From NCBI GenBank assembly GCA_000002435.2, contig CM018791.1: a stretch of 64,000 nucleotides of DNA. One strand, written 5' to 3'. Position numbers and translations under genes: made by a program. This stretch comes from Giardia intestinalis. Taxonomy: Eukaryota. Below the pieces are notes generated by a model, which was not told the DNA's origin, did no database searches, and saw only the letters and a list, made by a program, of their open reading frames with translations. Positions within the stretch are counted from its first letter, which is position 1. The number at the start of each line of letters is the position of its first letter. Of the stretch, positions 56,957-64,000 are shown piece after piece.

Positions 56957-59900
56957 ATGGAAGCCACTCTCTTTGACCCCAAGAGGTGTCAGGGAGTGGA
57001 CCATGACAATGGGGTATTTGTGTCAAGTAGCAAGGGCGTATCTTCTTCGGGTAAGATGTTGATTCCCAGATGCCAACTGGTTAACGACGCACATGGTTAT
57101 GACATCAAGGCGGCAGATGCCGTGGGGGAAGTGGCTTCAGAATCAGCGCTCCCTTCTCCTAAGACATGCAATCTCTCAATGGCAGACTTTACGGGCAGGG
57201 GCGTAAACAAGGACAGCTTTCCTTTCACGCCCCCGTCCCGGAGCCTTTCGTCTAGTGGAGTCACTTCACCTGTATACTGCAATCCCTTAGCATGCATGTC
57301 TACCAGACTCTCTCGTACACACCTGCGTAGCAATCCAAAAAATGTAAAAGAAGGAACAATGTCTACAGGTAACAGCGATTATACTATTGAAGAAAGTAGC
57401 TCGATGCTAGCCGTCACCAATGAGGAGCAATACACGATAGAGATGGATTCGCTAGTCAACCCGGACATCTCGTGTACCAGTGTCTATACCGAGTACGATG
57501 ACTACCTGGGGGATCTGGATGATCCTGCACAGCTGTACGAATGCAGACCCTACTATATACCGACCAACATACGGATCTCTGCTACTCTTTGTGGCTTGAT
57601 CTCGAACCTTACTGTTGACGAGCTGGAGGCACAGGCTCCGAAGCTTCCTTTGTTATTTCCAAGTGGTTGTCACAAAGCCAAGCATATCTGGGGGGCAATT
57701 TACCAGGAAGCCCGTGAAGTTCTCCGAGGAACCCAGGTCTCATCGCAGCTTCCTCCCTTTCACCTGCTCTTCCCCTGCCTCTTTCCCGAACCTCTCTCCA
57801 AGCCCGAAGTAATGGAGCTATGGGTGCACATTATCATTCTTTTGCACTACTCCATTACTCACGAGGCATGGTTTAGTGTTCTAACTGCTGATTCCGAGAG
57901 TCCTCTGGAATGTGACACACCCATAGATGATTCTTTTACGGGTCTACGTCAGCTTACCAATGTAGAGAGGTTCCTAGAGTGGCTACATATTGAGAGCCGA
58001 CACACCAGTTCTTTGAGTCGTACTGAAAAACACAGTATCTCTGGACTGCTTCTTAGGAATAAAGCTGGTAGCACCGCCCCGAGCATCCCTAAGGCCTCCA
58101 GCTCAAGTCAGCTTCTCTGGTTTCAAGGCGCACAGTTCCAACCTTGTCAACAGCAGCTATTTGGTAAGTTTAAAGGAAAGACCAAGACTCCTTTGCCCGA
58201 TGAGCGGCTAGATTCAGAGCGGGCAAGCCCATGTCACACTAATGGTTTGGTAGATAACCCTGGTGCATTCTACTTCGACACAGACCTGGGCACTAGTCTT
58301 CAGGGATCATATGAAGAAAAGTGTGCAAGCACTGGAGCACAGATCAGCCGGGAGCCTCGACGTAGCACTATTCCAGACCATGATGATAGAAGCAGCGATC
58401 TTTATTTCCGTGTGTTCTTTTCTGGTATATTTGGCCTCAAATACCTTAAGCCCATCAACCGGGGAGATCTCAAGCTCTTAGAAGAAAAGTACTTCCGATC
58501 TATTGTTGTTGATGGGAGCATCTTGCTCCTCGTACTTAAGGCACGAGGTGCCTTCACGCTCGGCTTTTCATTCTTGATGACATACAGGCTTCAAAGACTT
58601 GCACTGTCTTTGCACTGGGAAGATGAGCTCCTACTCCCTAATGTAGAGATCCTCTTAAGTTCGCAGTCGCCGGCAGTAGATTTGGACTTTGCAGACTTCA
58701 GTCTAATCAAGCAGACGAAGCCCGTTTTTACCAATAGATCGTCTCTCAACGATAACAGCGTAGAATCAGACCCTGTGTGCGAAGATGTTGGACTGACAGT
58801 AGACAACCTTTCTGTCTATCCCATTTCCTCGGACACCTCTCTTTCAGCGAAAGTGTTTAATTCACGGATAACCTATGCCATACAGGACGTGCTCGAGGGA
58901 GGGATGTACGATGTCCTTTCTAAGCTCACAGACTTGGACCTTCTGGCAAACAGGCCCATCTCGCTCATTTCTAATATGTCTAAGCAAGGCAGGAGCAAGA
59001 CAGACAATACAGTCTTGCGCTCTGTTTGCCAGACTGTCGCTATTCCTAAGCTGATATGCTCCACAGATCTGTTCGTTCTGGAAAGGAATGTACTTCCAAT
59101 TGTGCAAAACATGGACACCGACCCCACGCTTGTACAGCATTTGATTCGCCTGATCGAGACCTTGCGGGCGCCACTAAACTTCGAGACTTCGTCTAGCCCC
59201 AGAACAGTCCAGTACCGCTACGCTGGAGAGAACATCACCTTGCCGTCTGTTCCCGGGTGCTACCTTATCTGCCAATATCTATGCAAGGGACATTGGCGTA
59301 TATCCATTACGCCACCTGGTCAAGCGCTGTCTATTTTGCCGCGCTTTTTCGGGTTCTATGACTACGTCTATATCAAGCCGGACTTCACTAGTGTGATTAG
59401 CAATCCGTTCCTATCTCTTCTATCTAAGGACTACTCAAGGGAGCAAGAGTGGCATCGCATAATGATAATACCAAAGCTACGGTCTGCAATGGTGCACTGC
59501 GCTGCAACTCCTGCAGCCATCGCGGCTGTTGTCAGAACTTTGTCTGGTGTTCAGCGGCACAGGCAGATTCTTAAGTATCTTCTAATTGAAAATCTATTTG
59601 ATCCTATTCTATCTACAGTTGAGTCTCCTGTCATAGGGCCAGCGGATTCTGGTTCAGTTAAGCTGAGCTTGAAAAAGGAAAAGCCTGGAGGTCTAAGGAT
59701 GATCAACGTCAAAAGCAAAAAGGACATGTCTGGAGCTGAATCCAAACATACCTCACCGCATGCTGAGCACATGGAAATGCCTTCTAATTTGCAGCAATCT
59801 TTACCACTGCCTTTGCCACTGCACCCGGCGTCTCCACATCAAGTTATATCTCCTCGTGTGCTCGATAACGACATCCCTGAAGTGATCAAGACTCCCCCGA

Positions 59901-62900
59901 AGCTACAGATGCCAGAACACGATACGTTGGGGACACCATACTACACCAGCAAGAAAAGATCCTCCCACATTAACCATATTGATACCGAGAATACGCAGTC
60001 TGTTGCATCTGTGATCAGCCGCACTATCCCGTCGTGGAAGGTGAGCAGTGCGTGGTCCAATCCGCCAAGCGTTACGTCACAGGAGACAGAGGTGATTTCT
60101 ATGATGACAACGTTGAAGAAAAATGACATACGCTCCGTGATCACATTCGATCTCATGCTGCCGCTCTCGACCTCCACGATAACAGATCTCCCTAAGCGCT
60201 ATGCTGAGTGTATGCGGAAGTGTGACCGCGTTGTGAAAGCGGGGCTCACCAATCTTCGTGTTTCTCTTCCACAGAGCACTATTAGTTATTACTCATGTCT
60301 CAAGAAGACACCTACCACACTGACCACAGTGGGATCATCGGGCTCGTTATCATCGAATTCACAAACTGCAGCTGCAAACCTGACTCCGAAAATTCTGATG
60401 TCAAACATTTGCGACTGTACCACACCGACTCAAACACAGGCAGCTGGAGGATCGCCAACAGATAAGATAACTCGTTTGCTTCTAGACTATTCCAACAACA
60501 AGACATGGACACTGTTACTGGATGAGTTGTTCATAATACACTATAAGTACGGCTTTGCAGGGGTGGTGCTTCGTGGGATTGATTACCCGTATTTTCTATC
60601 CCAGCCTCTACTGCCATCCATTAAGCTATCTCTTCTAAGAAAACTTACCATCGACATCTGGTCGCGCGTGCCAAACTTGATCTTATTTGCATTTGCTGGT
60701 GATGCAACACATGCCTGCACTCTGATGAAGGCGGGAATAATACCTATCGTGAGGGACTACAACAAGTGCGATCTTAATGAGCTGGACAGATTTACCATCC
60801 AGGGGATGAACGAGCCCGTGAATTTGACTGCAGAAGCCATACGGCACTCCATTGTATCAGTCAGTGCTCATAACTTCAACAGATCAGCCTCTCAAGACCA
60901 ACTTGTCAATATATCGCAGAGCAATTCAAGAGATGGGCGACTAACCCCCTTCTTTAAGGAGCCATTTAGTTTTCACTCCATCTGTAGCATGTTTCTCCAC
61001 AAACCATTGTCGCTTTTCACGATAGATGATATTAATATGAAATCAGGGATTGACGTTCACCGTGCCATCGAGTCCATGCACCGCGCAAACAATACGATAT
61101 CGTTTTGCAAGGCTATACACAACACCATGGCTGCACCAGATCCGGCCTACACCAAGGAGTCATTGAAGCAGCAGAAGCCGTCTCTCTACACTCAGATGGA
61201 TTACCCTGCCATCCTTGATCTTCTTGGACAGATAACCATGGCGGAGTTTGTGCGGCACGTCTGCGTTAACGATATCAACCAGATGTGTGGTTCCGGTCTC
61301 TGCTACGGCGTATATAAGGATTCCCCATCTACGCTGACAGTGATAATCTCAAATGTAGGCAGTACACGTCCATTTCTAGTCTCCATCCCAGACATTTGCA
61401 CAATAATGGGTTGCGACCCCATGTCATTCATTCAACTAACATATAGGTATCAAGGGTCTGTGCGCACGAGTGTAGCATACAATGCAGTGTACGACGAGCC
61501 CATTCTAAATTTCAACAAGCCCCTAACAACAGACAAGACAAATAGAAAAGGGAAGAAAACTGGCAATAAGTCCACTACTCAGAGCAGCGACACATTTGAA
61601 GGAGAGTCGAAAGATGACGAACTGATGCATCCATACAGATCATACACCGCATCTCATGTAGACCTCTCCAGCATGACCATGGCCGATCTCCGCAGGACAT
61701 CCTACCTTAATGGGAGCTACGACTATTCAGTGGCCAAGTTTCAGAAGATAAAAATGTTATCAACTCATTGGAACTGCTCTATATTAACAGCAGGGGTTGT
61801 TGCATATGGTGGCGTAGTTGTTACGGCTCCCTCGTGTAGCATCTTTGCGATTAAAATTAGCTTGGTTCCAGATAGTGCCCTTCGGTTTGTACGGCCCACT
61901 AAATCAGCAGAGTCTTGCTACGACTCGGAATCCTTCGTTTGCAGCTTGCTTAATGCCTTCATGACAAGCGCTGTTTTCGCTGACAAGCAGGCAATCTCAT
62001 CTACGAGCCAGTCTTTCAAGTTACAGCCTACGCAGCATGCGTGTTCAGCACAGGATCTAGAACTGTACATCCGCGATATGTGCTGTTGCTTAACCGACAC
62101 TATTCTATGCATGTCTGACGCAGACACGATTCAAAAGTCCCAGTCGGTGATCAACGTAGTAGCACACTCCCAATTTGCAGTGCTTCTGCTTGCTGCGTCT
62201 CACCGCTTAGTATACCATGAAGGCAAGGAGGACTCGCTGATCTCTAATAGTTTATCACGGCAAACAGCAAAGCGTGGAGTCAGAAGTCTACTTCTCATGA
62301 AGTCACCCTTGGGGAAGGAAATTGTTGAAGCTAAAAGCCACACGTCTAACTTACCAAACGTTAAGAAAGGTATAGATATGATGGAGCTAATGAGGATTGT
62401 TCCAAGATATATATTAGAGCTCCTTGCAGGGGCACTTGAGGCCAATTCCCCCACCATATGGTCAATACCCATGCACGCTCTTGTCGACGGGGCTCGTTCT
62501 ATCTTGTCGTTCTTATATCCTCACATCAAGAAGTCTGCCAAGTATTCAGAAAACAGGGACTCATCTGGCCTGCTTCTTAAAAGTATTCACATACCCGACG
62601 TCATTATCATTGCATCTCGCTTAAGCAACTTTATAGCAGTCAAAGCTCTTTTTCTAGCTGAATCAGGATACTCTGTCTCCCTTTATGCGCCGCTCTATGA
62701 GACCCCGCAAGGTCAAGAGTCTATTCCGAGCCACATCCTCGGAGACATTTCATATACAGGTGAAACATATAGGAATGAGTACCTTTGGCATAATTTCGGA
62801 ATCCATTACCTGCGGAGGCGCCTGTCCATGGGTACTACTTTGGAGGTCACCCTCCTGCATAGCTTTGAGTTCTTTTACGACTCTCTTCACGACAAGAACA

Positions 62901-63712
62901 TCGCCCTAAATGATAAGGAGAAGTGTCTCAGCGAGATTGTCATAGATGAAGAGACAAACAACGTCTACTCTGTCTATAAATACAAAGAACACATTGTTTA
63001 TAACGACAGCAGTGACGACCGGTCCATAGACACACCAATTAATAATGGTGGTGGACTGGTCCCCCTCCTTGATGGAAACGAAGGACAGCAATTTGCAGAG
63101 AAGTCTCTGTTGCGTGCAAAGGTCCTTGCAGATTTTGTTAAGCACAAATACAGACTCTACGAAAATCAAACCGGAATAGCCCCTCGGATGATCATCTCTA
63201 CACCCGGCATAGGAGCAAACGCTGCACTGTCCCTGGCCATTGCATTTGGCTCACAACAGGTTCGGAGTCTTAAGTTGACAGACGGAGCCAACGAACACAG
63301 CACTTGTGACATTGACGAATCGTGCGGAGTTACATCCGAGTACACATTTATATCTCGGCCAAAGATGGTGCTTTTGATGACCCCGAACGTGCGCTCCCTT
63401 CTAGAGTATATGTATGATCTTTTGGGGGTGAAGTTTCTTGACTATGGCAAGATTTTCGACTTGATTAAGCAGTTAGGCATCCCAGACACGGGGATCTTGG
63501 ACTCTTTTCACCCTTACATTCTGTACAATTTGCGGGCCGCGGTACTGGACTTCGACGTCATATGCGGGGACTTTGATTCAATCAATGTACTCAAGAAGAC
63601 CCCGTGGATCAGCTGGGCGCTCTCCAATAAAGAAATCGTCGTGAATGACGATGAGACTGCGCTCCTGATCAAATACGTTCAGTTATTAACGGACCTCATT
63701 GAAAAGCAGTGA
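56957..63712 (+). CDS. giant hypothetical protein (~2251 aa)
   Basis: Track start 56912 is TTG; ATG verified at 56957 (cattcttagaATG). Preceded by a 281-bp AT-rich intergenic region. No recognisable domains. Confidence 0.55.
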   Translation: MEATLFDPKRCQGVDHDNGVFVSSSKGVSSSGKMLIPRCQLVNDAHGYDIKAADAVGEVASESALPSPKTCNLSMADFTGRGVNKDSFPFTPPSRSLSSSGVTSPVYCNPLACMSTRLSRTHLRSNPKNVKEGTMSTGNSDYTIEESSSMLAVTNEEQYTIEMDSLVNPDISCTSVYTEYDDYLGDLDDPAQLYECRPYYIPTNIRISATLCGLISNLTVDELEAQAPKLPLLFPSGCHKAKHIWGAIYQEAREVLRGTQVSSQLPPFHLLFPCLFPEPLSKPEVMELWVHIIILLHYSITHEAWFSVLTADSESPLECDTPIDDSFTGLRQLTNVERFLEWLHIESRHTSSLSRTEKHSISGLLLRNKAGSTAPSIPKASSSSQLLWFQGAQFQPCQQQLFGKFKGKTKTPLPDERLDSERASPCHTNGLVDNPGAFYFDTDLGTSLQGSYEEKCASTGAQISREPRRSTIPDHDDRSSDLYFRVFFSGIFGLKYLKPINRGDLKLLEEKYFRSIVVDGSILLLVLKARGAFTLGFSFLMTYRLQRLALSLHWEDELLLPNVEILLSSQSPAVDLDFADFSLIKQTKPVFTNRSSLNDNSVESDPVCEDVGLTVDNLSVYPISSDTSLSAKVFNSRITYAIQDVLEGGMYDVLSKLTDLDLLANRPISLISNMSKQGRSKTDNTVLRSVCQTVAIPKLICSTDLFVLERNVLPIVQNMDTDPTLVQHLIRLIETLRAPLNFETSSSPRTVQYRYAGENITLPSVPGCYLICQYLCKGHWRISITPPGQALSILPRFFGFYDYVYIKPDFTSVISNPFLSLLSKDYSREQEWHRIMIIPKLRSAMVHCAATPAAIAAVVRTLSGVQRHRQILKYLLIENLFDPILSTVESPVIGPADSGSVKLSLKKEKPGGLRMINVKSKKDMSGAESKHTSPHAEHMEMPSNLQQSLPLPLPLHPASPHQVISPRVLDNDIPEVIKTPPKLQMPEHDTLGTPYYTSKKRSSHINHIDTENTQSVASVISRTIPSWKVSSAWSNPPSVTSQETEVISMMTTLKKNDIRSVITFDLMLPLSTSTITDLPKRYAECMRKCDRVVKAGLTNLRVSLPQSTISYYSCLKKTPTTLTTVGSSGSLSSNSQTAAANLTPKILMSNICDCTTPTQTQAAGGSPTDKITRLLLDYSNNKTWTLLLDELFIIHYKYGFAGVVLRGIDYPYFLSQPLLPSIKLSLLRKLTIDIWSRVPNLILFAFAGDATHACTLMKAGIIPIVRDYNKCDLNELDRFTIQGMNEPVNLTAEAIRHSIVSVSAHNFNRSASQDQLVNISQSNSRDGRLTPFFKEPFSFHSICSMFLHKPLSLFTIDDINMKSGIDVHRAIESMHRANNTISFCKAIHNTMAAPDPAYTKESLKQQKPSLYTQMDYPAILDLLGQITMAEFVRHVCVNDINQMCGSGLCYGVYKDSPSTLTVIISNVGSTRPFLVSIPDICTIMGCDPMSFIQLTYRYQGSVRTSVAYNAVYDEPILNFNKPLTTDKTNRKGKKTGNKSTTQSSDTFEGESKDDELMHPYRSYTASHVDLSSMTMADLRRTSYLNGSYDYSVAKFQKIKMLSTHWNCSILTAGVVAYGGVVVTAPSCSIFAIKISLVPDSALRFVRPTKSAESCYDSESFVCSLLNAFMTSAVFADKQAISSTSQSFKLQPTQHACSAQDLELYIRDMCCCLTDTILCMSDADTIQKSQSVINVVAHSQFAVLLLAASHRLVYHEGKEDSLISNSLSRQTAKRGVRSLLLMKSPLGKEIVEAKSHTSNLPNVKKGIDMMELMRIVPRYILELLAGALEANSPTIWSIPMHALVDGARSILSFLYPHIKKSAKYSENRDSSGLLLKSIHIPDVIIIASRLSNFIAVKALFLAESGYSVSLYAPLYETPQGQESIPSHILGDISYTGETYRNEYLWHNFGIHYLRRRLSMGTTLEVTLLHSFEFFYDSLHDKNIALNDKEKCLSEIVIDEETNNVYSVYKYKEHIVYNDSSDDRSIDTPINNGGGLVPLLDGNEGQQFAEKSLLRAKVLADFVKHKYRLYENQTGIAPRMIISTPGIGANAALSLAIAFGSQQVRSLKLTDGANEHSTCDIDESCGVTSEYTFISRPKMVLLMTPNVRSLLEYMYDLLGVKFLDYGKIFDLIKQLGIPDTGILDSFHPYILYNLRAAVLDFDVICGDFDSINVLKKTPWISWALSNKEIVVNDDETALLIKYVQLLTDLIEKQ

Positions 63713-63815
63713 GTCATATTAATAAGTCATATCAATAAGTGAATCTTATCTCGAATAGACGGATTGACTGCTTGTGGACCTGAAATCACAAAAGGTCAGT
63801 TTTAAAGTTTAAAAA

Positions 63816-64000
63816 ATGTTTGCGGCAGACTCTCAAAACTCCCTTCTCCTAGAGCTTCTGCGCCGCGTTGATCTGCTGCAATATCAAATAGACCAGAAGA
63901 GCCAGCGCGAAGCTTATCCAGAATCTGCTGCACACCACCCGAGCCTTTTTGCATTAAGTCAGAGACCCTCGGTTCGGACCTCGTATTCTGTCGGCCCTCT
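63816..64000 (+). CDS. 5' end of a gene running off the window (MFAADSQNSLLLELLRRVDLLQYQIDQKSQRE...)
   Basis: ATG at 63816 is preceded by the typical AT-rich tttaaagtttaaaaaATG. Open to the window end (61 codons). Confidence 0.35.
   Translation, partial: MFAADSQNSLLLELLRRVDLLQYQIDQKSQREAYPESAAHHPSLFALSQRPSVRTSYSVGP

Noticed and set aside
1-64000. Prokaryotic or giant-virus origin suggested by the bacterial-style ORF track and dense long ORFs on both strands
   Set aside because: The encoded proteins are eukaryotic cytosolic, flagellar and ribosomal types (RPL21e, URM1, DNAAF1, UTP7, MST-like kinase, PIPK). There are no operon-like same-strand runs or Shine-Dalgarno contexts. AT-rich initiator and AGTAAA poly(A) motifs fit a diplomonad nuclear genome.
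1-64000. Mobile elements
   Set aside because: No reverse-transcriptase or endonuclease motifs and no LINE-like (GilM/GilT) signatures were noticed. The only large repeat is the 558-bp inverted gene-conversion tract.

Overview
The window is densely packed with intron-less, eukaryotic-type protein genes on both strands. Intergenic spacers are mostly 8-100 bp, with AT-rich tracts immediately 5' of each ATG and AGTAAA-like motifs a few nt 3' of stops. The gene content and overall ~50% GC fit a diplomonad genome of the Giardia type: NEK-like kinases and pseudokinases fused to ankyrin repeats, a high-cysteine membrane protein with CXXC repeats, flagellar genes and an MST-like STE20 kinase. This placement is my inference; no database was searched.

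The six-frame track calls GTG/TTG as Met, so I re-set N-termini to the first ATG with an AT-rich upstream context and checked the codons by hand where noted.

Genes I recognise with confidence:
- RNA-polymerase second-largest subunit, most like Pol III RPC2
- ribosomal protein L21e
- PIP5K-type phosphatidylinositol phosphate kinase
- URM1
- DNAAF1/LRRC50 (ODA7)
- MST/Hippo-like STE20 kinase
- UTP7/WDR46
- a thioredoxin-fold ER protein
- a tRNA-Met(CAU)

Less confident assignments are a BBS9-like protein, a kelch-like protein and a possible CFAP43/44-like flagellar protein. Roughly a dozen large ORFs have no recognisable family.

The most unusual structure is a head-to-head pair of paralogous poly-cysteine, multi-TM membrane protein genes (11915-12676 minus, 13901-14650 plus). 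Their 3' 558 bp are a perfect inverted repeat that ends exactly at the stop codons, while the N-terminal ~65 codons have diverged. The pair sits in a strongly GC3-biased island (~11.9-15.3 kb) that also holds a VSP-like CXXC-rich ORF fragment and the 3' half of the PIPK gene. A second GC-rich patch (~49.15-49.95 kb) covers the convergent 3' ends of two genes with the tRNA-Met between them. No mobile elements or reverse-transcriptase signatures were seen; CRISPR arrays are not expected in this eukaryotic-type sequence and I did not scan for short tandem repeats.
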